From Mobula hypostoma (Eukaryota), in NCBI RefSeq assembly GCF_963921235.1, contig NC_086097.1, forward strand, positions 153,266,001-153,330,000: 64,000 bases of DNA, written 5' to 3'. Position 1 is the stretch's first letter. Each line of letters opens with the position of its first letter. Made by a program: the position numbers and the translations under genes. Shown in pieces: positions 23,256-34,806 of the stretch. The notes beneath the pieces were generated by a model. That model was given only the letters and a program-made list of their open reading frames with translations. It ran no database searches and was not told the DNA's origin.

Positions 23256-23817
23256 ATCTGTCACACCTTCAGTTATATAGACTTTAAGTTCTAGCATTCT
23301 TTCTCTAAATACCTCCAAACCTCTTTCCTTCTGCCCTCTTGGAAACTTCTTGTCCTAATGTCCAACTGTGGTGCAGTAGCAAAGTAAGCTTGGCAATATT
23401 CTAAAGAAATAACAAGGATTTTCTTTTATTTCAACTAGGTTTAAGCATCACTATAAATTCAAATTGTTTTTGTTATAGCTTGAGGTCCAAGAATAAGACC
23501 ATAAGATGTAGGAGCAGAAGTCGGCCATTCAGCTCATCGTGTCTGCTCTGCCATTCAATCATGGGCTGATCCACTTCATTCAGTCATCCCCACTCCCCTG
23601 CCTTCACCCCATACTCTTTGATGCCCTGGCTAATCCAGAACCTATCTACCTCTGCCGTAAATACACCCAATGACTTGGCCTCCACAGCTGCTCATGGCAA
23701 CAAATTCCACAGATTTACCACCCTCTGACTAAAGTAATTTCTCCGCATCTCAGTTCTAAAAGGATGTCCTTCAATCCTGAATTTGTGCCCGCTTGTCCTA
23801 TAATCCGTTACCATGGG

Positions 23818-26800
23818 GTAGTGGAGGTATAATTTGTCCATCTGTGCTGATCACCCCATCCTTGACTAAGCTGTTCCACCATGAACATGATCTGTTATGA
23901 GTCAACATAATGCTTTCAGATCAGTTTGTGCATAGCACATACCTCCACCACACTGCTCAGGTGTGTTTCTGTGGTACAGGGGCTAGTGACTCTTGTGCCT
24001 GTTCTATCTACTTGCTACGGGTTATAAATCTAAGCCTCAAACAGACGGATCTAAGCAGAAACAACCCACGCCTACCCATCGACTACGTGATAAAGAGCTG
24101 TGAATCATGGTGGTAAACATACGTGGACTCCGATCAAATATAGGTGAACTTGCCAACCTGTGCACTGAAGAGAAACCTTCCATCATTATTGTCGTTGAAA
24201 CATTCCTCGACTCATCAGTCCCAGATGTAGCGGACTGCATTACCATCCCTGGCTACTCAATATGTTGCCGCAGAGATCAGGAGGGAACATCAGGAGGTGG
24301 CATTGCTGTTTACTGTTTGGAGGGTATTGTGATACACCGTAACCCTAGGAGAGATCCGAAAGACCTTGAACTCATGTGGTTCACCGTGGCTCTTCAACCA
24401 CTGAAGCTACTAATTGGTGCCATCTATCGACCTCCTAATGCCAACAATGACGTCCTTGAATACCTGGACAGTAACACCTTCCCCAAGTTGACAGAGTTCA
24501 GTGCACAGTCTGTGATGCTTATAGGGGACTTCAATGTCCATCATCTAGGCTGGCTGGGCAGCCAAACAACTGACAATGCTAGCCAGCACACACTACAACT
24601 AGCTGATAGTCTTGGTCTGCAGCAGATTGTGTCAGACCCAACAAGGGGGGAGTATATCCTTGCTCTTGTTATGACAGACCTACCCGTGAAGGCAACAACT
24701 ATGGCTCTAGTGGGTTCTTCAGACCACAACCCCATGCTAGTGAAGTTGGATGTTCCAGCCATACAAGAGGGAAGTTTGGTGTTACGACAAAGCCAACTTT
24801 TGGGACATGTGTGGTCATCTTTCATCAACTGACCGGTCTAGCATTCTCAAAGACAAGGACCCTGGGAAAGCTTGCACCAAGCTTACAGAAGTTATATGTG
24901 AGGCCATGGACACTCACAGTCCCAGCAAAATTGTTACTGAGAAGACTGGCGATCAAGTATGGTTTGATGACAAGTGCAGACGAGAAGCAAAGAAGAAACT
25001 TCGTCTCTACCGCCAGCTAAAGAAGTGCAACACCCCTGTTAATAAGGAGAAGTTTGCCCAGGCTGGGCAGTCGAGCAGAGAGACAGGCCCGAAGAAACCA
25101 TAACATCAAACTCAAAATGACTTAACCAGTGGTAACCTTAGCAGTAAGAAGTGGTGGAATGTTGTGAACTCCCTCTCTGGAAGAACAGGCCACTCTGACA
25201 TCCCTGTCATTGAGCACAATGGGTCTGTACATACAACAGCAAAGGATAAGGCCAATGTTTTCTGTCAGGCTTTTGCAGATAAATGTCAGCTCACAAATGC
25301 TAATGACCAGCCACCAGTTGTCAAGCAGCTTACTACCACCTCGCTGAACAAAATCATCTTCAAACCTAAAGATATCAGGAAAATTATGCAACAGCTTCAG
25401 CCTGATAAAGCATCTGGCCCTGACCAGATTCCAACTAGGGTCTTAAAGGAATGCAGTGCAGATCTTGCAAGTCCTCTCTGCCGCCTCTTCCAGCTATGCT
25501 TCTCGAGTGGTGTATTCTCAGAACAATGGAAAATTGCATCAGTAACACCAGTACACAAGCGGGATTACAGAGCTGATCCTACAAATTACCACCCCATATC
25601 CTTACTCAGTGTCATCAGCAAGATAATGGAAGCAGCAGTCCACAAACAAGTTCAGAGCTACCTACTCCGTAACAACTTAATTTCAAGTAGGCAGTATGGA
25701 TTTAGACCTGATCACAGTACAGACGATCTCCTCACCACCTTATCTCAAACGTGGAGCACCTTCTTAGACAAAGGTGGAGAAGTGTGTGTCATAGCCCTGG
25801 ATATCAAAGGAGCATTTGACAAGATCTGACATAATGGACTCTGTGTTAAGCTGAGATCCAAAGGAATATCTAGAATGCTGTTTAGATGGCTGCAGAGCTG
25901 TCTTCATGGATGGACAATCAAAGCTGTTATCTCTGGTCAGGCTTCTGATTCTTCAACCATCAATTCATCTGTACCACAGGGTTCAATACTTGGGCCACTT
26001 CTGTTTTCCATCTTTATTGATGACTTGCTTGATGCATGCAGTAACAAGCTATACCTGTACGCTGACGACTCCACACTGTTTGCACCATTTAGAGCAGGAG
26101 AGAGTAATACAGTGGCAGCAGGCCTGTATAGGGATCTTGACAGGATGAAAGCCTGGGCAGACGACCGGAATGTCTCCTTTGAGCCTACTCAGTGCAAGGC
26201 GATGGTGATGTCTAGGAAGAGGAATCCATCTAACCCCGTCCTGTGTTTTGGGAACTGCAAGCTGGATTTGAAGAAGGAGCTAGTCATCCTTGGTGTTAAT
26301 ATTGACAGCAAGTTGGTGTGGGATAAACACCTTTCCACTATTTCAAACAAGGCTGGACAAAGGCTTGGAGCTCTGTGGAAAGTAACATCTAAACTAGACA
26401 AAGAGGGCAGAGCCACGGTTTACAAAGCCCAGGTACGAAGTATTATGGAGTATGCCTGCTTATCATGGATGAATGCCTCACAGAGTGTCCTCAGCCAGCT
26501 TGATTTCATTTGAAGAAAGGCTCTCAGGATTATAGGTGTAGATGAAGCCACAGCTCGTGAGAAGCTAGCCATCAGTAGCTTACACTACAGATGACTGGTT
26601 GCTGCAGCGACTGTGCTATACAAAATGTACACCAGCCACAGCCCTGCAGACTTTCGCGTCATGCTGCCTTCATCTAATGAGAGATGGCGCACCACATGAT
26701 CAAGTTTATCTATGCCTGTTCATGCTGTTTCTATGCCTGATGCGAGAACCTACACACTGGATATAAGATTCCTTCACTGTGCTATCAGAATTTAGAACAG

Positions 26801-27373
26801 CCTTCCAGATGCTGTGGTTGGAAACATCTGCAATGATGGGGTCCAAGCCTTCAAGAGTCGAGTGCACAAACACCTATCATCTCTGAGAGGGAAGTCACAT
26901 GCTTCTTCATAAGCTATCATGAAGGGGACCAGGACAGCAATGCTTGGTTGTTGGTAGTTAGGGTAAATACCTGACTTTCAAGAGCACTTGTGAGTTATGT
27001 TCCGGCTGGACTTAGTCCTTAAACCGCTGGAGAACAGTGCGGAAAGAACAGGTGCTGTTTTCTCCTGGTAGGGATTAGCTTTTAGTTCCAAGTGCTCCTG
27101 CCACATTTTGTCACCTTGCAACCTTATCCGTCAATCTCTTTGAATTATGGAGGACAGCATGTGTATAAATGTCTCTCTCCAGCAGACATCATCATGATCA
27201 TCATGACTCCAGTATTTCTACTATTTTTTAATTGTACATATGATTTTTTTGTGTTCTATCACTGAGCAGCAGTCAACCATTTGATTGGCCTATCAGAGTT
27301 CTCTTTGGGAACTAGTTGACTTGATCAGCATTTCTGATCTGGCTATTGTTCACGATTGCATTTAATTTAAAAA
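23818..27373 (+). mobile_element. CR1-group LINE with near-complete APE-RT ORF2 (a few stops and frameshifts) and a ~460-bp 3' UTR
   Basis: APE motifs NIRGL, VVETFL, GGGIAVY, IYRPP, GDFNVHH and SDH; RT motifs LDIKGAFD, VPQGSILGP and YADD. Flanked by the duplication ATGGG (23813-23817 / 27374-27378), with a short A tail. Confidence 0.92.
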
Positions 27374-27567
27374 ATGGGAAATAACTTTGCCATATTTAAT
27401 CTGTTCAGGCCTTTTAACATTTGGAATGTTTCTATGAGATCCCCCCTCATTCTCCTGAAATCCAGGGAATGCAGCCCAAGAGCTGCCAAATGTTCCTCAT
27501 ACGGCAACCTTCTCATTCCTGGAATCATTCTCGTGAAACTTCTCTGAACTCTCTCCAATGTCAGTAT

Positions 27568-28066
27568 CATCATCATCATCATCAGGTGCCATGCCCAGTT
27601 TGAGCTTTGACTGCCATGGCCCGCACACTCCTGTTTCGGGTCAAGTGGATCAATTCATTGGTATTCATTTCCAGTTCTCTGGCTGCTGTCTCCATCATCA
27701 TTTGTCTTTGCCTTCCTCTTGCTTCCTTCCCTTCAATCTTTCCCATAATTACCTTGCATTCTAACTCCTCTTTCCTAATCACATGTCCAATGAAGTCGCG
27801 TTGCTTTTTCATGATCTCATACATTATTTCTCTTTTTGTGTTTGCTCTGTTCATGACATCCTCGTTAGATATTCGTTTTGTCCATGATATTCTTTGCATC
27901 CTCCTCAAAAACCACATCTCTGCTGCTTCAATTCATTACCTCATGTTACTAGAAATTGTCCAACATTCTGAGTCATATAACATAACTGGGTAAACGTAAC
28001 ATTTCGTGTTCTGAGGCGGGTTGTCATGCCTAGTTTAGAGTTGATCAGTATACTCTTCATTCTCGT
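27568..28066 (-). mobile_element. RTE LINE 3' fragment
   Basis: Reads MWFLRRMQRISWTKRISNEDV...GHVIRKEELE...GKIEGK..RGRQR, with a (TGA)n tail and an 11-bp TSD AATGTCAGTAT (27557-27567 / 28067-28077). Confidence 0.93.
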
Positions 28067-29954
28067 AATGTCAGTATATCCTTAATAAAATAAGGAGCCC
28101 AAAACCGCACACAATATTCCAAGTATGGTCGCAGGAGTACCTTATAGAGTCTCAACATCACATTCTGACTCTTATATTCTATACATCTAGAAATTAATGC
28201 CAACATTGCATTGGCCTTCTTCACCACCAACTCAACCTGCAGGTTAACCTCTAGGGTATCTTGCACAAGGACTCCCAAGTCTCTTTGCATATCTGCATTT
28301 TGAATTCTCTCCCCATCTAAACAATAGTCTTCCCATTTATTTCTTCCACCAAAGTGCATGACCATACACTTTCCAACATTGTATTTCATTTGCCACTTCT
28401 TTGCCCATTCCCCTAAACTATCTGAGTCACTCTACAGGCTCTCTGTTTCCTCAACAATACCCGCTCCTCTACCTATCTTTGTATCATCAGCAAATCTAGC
28501 CACAAATCCCTTGATACCATAGTCCAAATCATTGACATACATTGTAAATAGTAACAGTCCCAACACTGACCCCTGTGGAACTCCACTGGTAACCAGCAGC
28601 CAGCCAGAATAGGATCCCTTTATTCCCACTCTCCGTTTTCTGCCAACCAGCCAATGCTCCATCCACGCTAGCAACTTCCCTGTAATTCCATGGGCTCTTA
28701 TCTTGCAAAGCAGCCTCATGTGCGGCACCTTGTCAAAGGCTTTCTGAAAATCCAAGTACACTATGTCTGCTGCATCTCCTTTGTCTACCCTGCTTGTAAT
28801 TTCCTCAAAGAATTGCTGTAGGTTAGTCAAGCAGAATCTTCCTTTCAGGAAACCATGCTGGCTTTGGCCTATCTTGTCATGTGCCTCCAGGTACTCCATA
28901 ATCTCATCCCTAACAATTGATTCCAACAACTTCCCAACCACTGACGTCAGGCTAACAGGTCTATAGTTTCCTTTCTGCTGCCTCCCACCCTTCTTAAATA
29001 GCGGAGTAACATTTGCAATTTTCCAGTCATCCAGTACAATACCAGGATCTATCGATTCTTGAAAGATCATAGTTAATGCCTTCGTAATCTCTCCAGCTAC
29101 TTCCTTCAGAACCCGAGGGCACATTCCATCAGGTCCAGGAGATTTATCCACCCTCAGACCATTAAGCTTCCTGAGCACCTTCTCAGTCCTAATTTTCACT
29201 GCACAAACCTCACTTCCCTGACACTCTTGAATGTCTGGTATACTGCAGACGTCTTCCACTGTGAAGATACGCAAGATGCACAATGAGTTCCTCTGCCATC
29301 TCTGCATCTTTCATTACAATATCTCCAGCATCATTTAATATTGGTCCTATATCTTCCCTTGGCTCTCCTTTACCCTTCATATACTTAAAAAAGTTTTTAC
29401 TATCTTCTTTACCCTTCATATACTTTAAAAAATAGATAATCAATACAAGGAACCAGAGATTGGAATAAACTTTCTTTTTATGTTTTACGTAGTGCACTAA
29501 CAATCTCCTGAATATAAATGTGAAGCTGGGCATAAATACTTCCACTATGCTGTTTTGCACATAATCTCATTTGCTAAAATAGGATCAGTATAGTTCCTGT
29601 TGTGACCTACATATTGCCATTGCTGCACAGACTGTTTGGAAGTGAGTTGACATTTAAAGAAGGTTCCCCAAGGCAACATCAGTACAACTCAGAATGTACT
29701 GCCATGCAGGTGTTGCTTGGAGGAACACAGCAGTCATCAATGAAACTGCCCCTCTCCCTGTATTAATGCTAATCTGATTTATTCTGGTGCCATAAGTGAA
29801 CATACAGTAAAAGGATTAATGATTCCAGCACACAGCTCATGATAAGTTCCTAAACAGTATCTGATCAATGAAAGGAACAACATGGATTAATCCCTTATAA
29901 TGCTGATCAATGGACACTGAGGCTTGGAGATGTAGTTTGCTAGATATCGATGTC

Positions 29955-30300
29955 ATAGGGTCGTAGATTCATACTGCAGAGAAAATGGCCCTTTGACTCA
30001 TCGTCCATGTTGACCAATAAGTAACTCTATTTTAACTAATCAGATTCCCATCAGCTCCCCCTAGATCAGTTCCCTCTAGATTCCATCCCTTACCACCACA
30101 CTTGGACAATTTACAATAGCTGAATAACCTACCTGCATATCTTTGAGATCTTGGAGAAAACTTACAAATTCGGTGGAAACTTTCTTGGTCATAGAATGAA
30201 AATGTAAACTCCACGCAGACAGACTCCACGAAGTCAGGATCAAACCTTGATCTGTGGCACTTTTGGGCAGTGATTCTACTAACTGAACAACAATGCTACC
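29955..30300 (-). mobile_element. Degraded V-domain SINE
   Basis: Antisense V-domain (..TCTGCGTGGAGTTTACATT..) with a CR1-like tail. Confidence 0.65.
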
Positions 30301-31937
30301 CGATTCCTGATATAACGTAGCAGAGCCTTTGATTGCATGTCATTCCTAAATCCGACACAATATGCTCCCAAATTCATTTGTGCATCAACAACAAAGATTA
30401 TGCATTTCTCTCAGGAACTCTAGTTTCTGCCATCAGTGGAGGAAGTACACAATGCCTGACCTGTGATGTCGTTAACTGTGTAAATGATCAAAGGGATCAT
30501 GCCACAAAATCTGTGAGTCATTTAACACATAAGTGACTACTGATACCATGTAGCATGCTTTTAAACACTTTCATCTCTGACATCTGTATAAAAGCACTAA
30601 GTTCTAAGGCTTTGATTTCTCGTTTGTCCTTGCAAACTATCACTAGCTGACCATATCCAATATCCGGGCTTGTTATAAATCAGATAATTGTGGTATTGTG
30701 TAAAATATATCATTAATTCCACCATCCTACACCAACCTATTCAATGATACATTTCATACATTATTTTGATATTGTTTGCTGATAGGAGATGGAGCAAAGA
30801 AGCAAAAATATTGGCTGATTGTCTGCTTTATAATATCTTGTGAACAAATAAGATTGGACAAATGAACAAAGATTTCCAGCACATAGAATCGTTCCATTTG
30901 CTGTATTATCCACTTGAATCTAATTAGACTCTTTTGCACTTTTCCCTTGTTTAGATCCATACTTTTGAACTTACTGTTGAATAAAGAATAGGTACTGATC
31001 CAATTGAAGGCTTCAGTTGGATCAGTGCTTATTGGAACAGGCAGCTAACTATTGTACAAGCTATTGATGAACATAAATTATTCATTACCCTGATATTAAT
31101 TTATAGATTTTGCTGTGCAGTCCTGTCTTCAAGTTCCTACATCCTGGTGTTTCATTTCATTTATCAGCATACCTGCTTCTTTGATTAAAACGTGGGCAAT
31201 ACTTGAAGGGATTGGAGGTTACTCCAGAGGAGAGACATGCAATATATTATGCCACTTAATCTAAAAGTTATGAATGTACGATGTAACAAGATGAGCAGGA
31301 ATGTATGTAAAGGATGTCAGCCAAAAATGAATCAAAGCAGGTTGTCTGTTAGCAACTGTATCAGCCAGTAAGATGCAGGGAGGGTGGTGTATGTGACTGA
31401 GCTCATAGCAAATGATTGATTGTACCACAAGCAAATTTAATTTACTCGGAAAATGAGTTTGTTAAAAGTGTGAGCAAACCAAACTAATGGCCAAATTGCA
31501 GGAATATCCTCCTACAAAAAGAAAGTTGCCTGGAAAAATGCGATTAGACTATAAGTGTTACTTTCACATTTTGCATGTAAAATCAATTTTAGTCACCTTC
31601 ACCTAGTTTTGCACTTCTGGTTCACGAAGATTCTCTATGTCCCTACATTCAACTCATACAATTTTACAGTTATGCCAGCAGCATGTAGCAAAAAACTATA
31701 TTGTAACTCATTATTTCTTTCAAAACAATATATCTTCTTCACTCTATTAAAACAAACCATTAAAAGTCACTTAAGATTGAAATCTCAAACATATCAGGAA
31801 GCACAAAAGAAATTTGGAATATTAAGATTACTAACATTATGTTGAACTGGGTATCAAAAGAAAAGCACATCAAGTTGAAGAAGCGATCAACTATAACCAA
31901 TTAAATGATGATTCCGAATGGAGGGGCTGGAAGTATT

Positions 31938-32464
31938 CTGCTCGTTTTAGGTCGCATCTGGAAATTCCAGTTGACGGACAATTTCCCACCACACCGCTCT
32001 GACATATTGGGAAATGATGTACTCGGCAGTTACAGTGGTTTGCCTTTGCCTTCTGCCGGGTGAGTTTAAAGAGATCACCACCTCTTGCAATGGATGACCA
32101 GGACGTCTAAGTGCTTTGCCGTGCTCTTAGCGCTCCACCAACGCCTGCCGACCTGCCTTCTTGACCGTTGGACCATTAATCGGTCTCCTCCACTCCATCT
32201 GCTAGGGCCAGACTTCACACGCAGGGATAGGCAGATCCCCTACCTCACCAAGGGTCGAAGACCTGATGGCTACCCTCACCTGGTTTGGCCCGTCTGCTGA
32301 GATGGTTTACCGGGGTGTGGCTGCTGTGCATGCTACAGCTACTTGGAGGCACAGGTAAGAGCTGAGTGCCAGGTGGGGACCAAAGGTGGATGAGCTACCC
32401 TGAAAAAGGGCATGGAGGCCCCCCACCAGAGGTGCTACCCCTCCCTAGACATCCCATACACCCC
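31938..32464 (-). mobile_element. Non-autonomous RTE-type retroelement headed by a ribozyme
   Basis: TSD TGGAAGTATT (31928-31937 / 32465-32474). GC-rich and non-coding, with an RTE/Bov-A-like GGCAAAGGCAAACCAC motif. Confidence 0.8.
32275..32464 (-). ncRNA. HDV-like self-cleaving ribozyme fold (this copy probably degenerate)
   Basis: P1 GGGGUGU (32464-32458) / ACACCCC (32318-32312). P2 CUUACCUG (32359-32352) / CAGGUGAG (32282-32275). L3 UCC with the GG after P1 forms P1.1. P4 CCAUCU / AGACGG. J4/2 GCCAA. P3 has a central mismatch. Confidence 0.75.
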
Positions 32465-33994
32465 TGGAAGTATTTACTCCTGTACAATGATTCCATATTT
32501 TCCATGTATATTTTTATAAGTGGTTATCAGACCTTGACTCTATGAATGAAGTCAAGACAAACTGCAGATGCTCTGACCACAATACTTTGAATATTCTCTG
32601 AAACTGGAGATGGCCAACACAGCAACCATGTGCAAATGAGGACAACATCAGCAGATGGTAACTCCTTAGCTGAAGGTGGAATTGAGCCAGCTTTTTGAAA
32701 TGAATGGGTTAATCCAGAACAGTCAACATGCTATTTATGAAAAACAAACAATCCTTGAAATTTTTAAGAAAGCTTTTGGAAGAATTGATAAATTGGAAAG
32801 ATAAAAAAAAAAGATGCAGTATCCCCAAATGAATGAACGAATGAATGGACTGACTTTATTTATAGGGAAATAGAAACTTCAATTCATTTCACATGAAGCT
32901 TGTTAATAAAGATCTAGAATATGGTATAAGAGAGCATGTAGACTTGAAATCTAGAGGAATACTAACAGAAATTAACTCTGCCCTAAAAGGCTATACATGC
33001 TGTACCATTTGAAATTTTCTAATTGTTAAAATAAATTAATGATTGACGGATTTTGCTGAGTAACAGTGTCAAGGTACGTGTAACAAAGGAGATGAGTTCC
33101 TGTGTTAATGGAGTAAGTCAACTAGATCAGGTTGAATAATATTACGGGTTTGAAGACCTGACTGCCTTTCTGGGGATATGTGACTTCAGTTTGAGTTAGC
33201 GCTGTGCTATAGTTCTTCTTCCATAAACTATTTTACATCCCATCTAAAGGTTATCTTCCAGCTTCCAAGTCTGACATCACATTGCTGCTATATGAGGTGC
33301 AGTGTACATTTAAGAAGGAAATGTTCCATGTGCCATAACCTTTGTCACATTGTTGTTGCCAACCACTGCTGTTATACCTTTCAATAAAGGATGTCTTGTT
33401 GTTCCTGGTACTACTAATTGTATACCTTGTCACATAACTGCAGAATCAAAGAACTGCCAAGGTGGAGAAGTTAGGGTGTTTTCCTTCAAACACCCTAAAG
33501 CAAGGCTGTAATGAATAGTGTGAAGTTAGTAGAAAACAAGTTTCTCTGCAATGGTGGTGATGATAGGTAGTTGATGTTCCCAATATTTTAGTGACTTGAA
33601 GGGAAACAGACATAATCAAGCATATCAGAGAATGAGTGAAAATGCTTTTGATGAATCAGAAAGAGACATGGAACAGAGCAACAATACACAAGGAAGGGAA
33701 TATGGTTGTTGGCAGTATGATTGAATCATGAGTCTTTTAGTTCCAGAAGCCACAGGTGAAAGAGAATGTTCTCCGATTATGTTCAGAATGTTTCAAGAAT
33801 TATAAAACTGGGACTAAAACAGGATGTTTGAGAGATAGTTCGGAGATATATCTTCAGGCTATGGGAAATTAAAAATAGTGCAATATCCCCATCTTTTCAG
33901 ATCAGGCCTTGTAGGATTAATTAGTGTAAGGGCAGTCAGTTGAGAGAGTGCAGAAAAATCTATTAAAAAATGAGGAAGTTGGAAAACAAGTTGG

Positions 33995-34407
33995 CAAGAT
34001 GCACCAAAGCCCTTGAACAGAAAATCCTACAAAAAGTAATGGATACAGCCCAGTTCATTATGGGTAAAACCATCCTCATCATTGAGCACTCCTATATGAA
34101 ATACCATTGCAGGAAAGAAACATCCATCATTGGGGACCCCACACCCAGAACATGCTCTCTTCTTGCTGCTGCCATCAGGAAGAAGTTACAGGAGTCTCAG
34201 GACTCCAGGACTCACACTACCAGGATCAGGAACTACCTCCTACCCACCTGACTCATGAACCAAAGGGGATAACTTCACTCAACTTCACTTGCTCCATCAT
34301 TGAAATGTTTCTACAACCAATGGACTCACTTTGAAGGACTCTTTATCTCCAGTTATCAATATTTATTGTTTATTTATTTATTATTTTTATTTCTTTCTGT
34401 TTGTATT
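33995..34407 (+). mobile_element. Rex1-type LINE 3' fragment (tail continues at 42247-42420)
   Basis: Reads KILQKVMDTAQFIMG. Its 3' UTR is split by the Gypsy insertion. Confidence 0.75.
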
Positions 34408-34794
34408 TGTCATGGTCCTGTCCAGCAATGCCCCATCTTGCTATTATTTCCTTAATTAGGTCTTAATCCCCTCGAATGATTTCCAATTGTTCCCAATTTT
34501 CATTAATTACAGCACACCTGCTTTCCAACAGCGAACTGAGGGTAAGAACCCTGGTGTCACTGTCATGCTTCGCCAGTTCGTTGGTCTTCTCTGGTGTGTG
34601 TAAACCTCATTCCCTGATCCCTTAGGACTGTTAGTTCTAAGCTCTGTACTATTCCCTGGATAATCTACGTAAACCTTGTCTCCGTGTAAAGATTCTCCTG
34701 AATACCTGTTCCACGTTCACAGCTGCGCTAACGCCTCACGACCCTGTCCCCGTGCCTGTGTCCTGGTTTCGTCCCCAGCCACGTCCTTGCAACA
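34408..34794 (+). repeat. 5' LTR
   Basis: Runs TGTCATGG...TTGCAACA. By hand count it differs from the 3' LTR by about 30 substitutions plus one indel. Confidence 0.95.
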
Positions 34795-34795
34795 G

Positions 34796-34806
34796 AACGA
34801 ACTGGC
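34796..34806 (+). promoter_or_regulatory. Self-priming primer-binding site
   Basis: AACGAACTGGC is the exact reverse complement of GCCAGTTCGTT at 34572-34582 within the LTR. Confidence 0.8.

Larger units (their letters stand above)
23493..29432 (-). mobile_element. Young 5'-truncated CR1 LINE, interrupted twice
   Basis: The 291-aa ORF 28432-29307 reads KSPGPDG...NYRPVSLTS...YLDFQKAFDKVPH...GVPQGSVLG...FADDTK. The 3' UTR and tail lie at 23493-23817, and the sequence rejoins at 27374. Confidence 0.93.

Noticed and set aside
29369..29432. Duplicated TTTACCCTTCATATACTT..AAAAA as a regulatory repeat
   Set aside because: It lies at the CR1 5' truncation junction and is best explained as an integration or slippage by-product.
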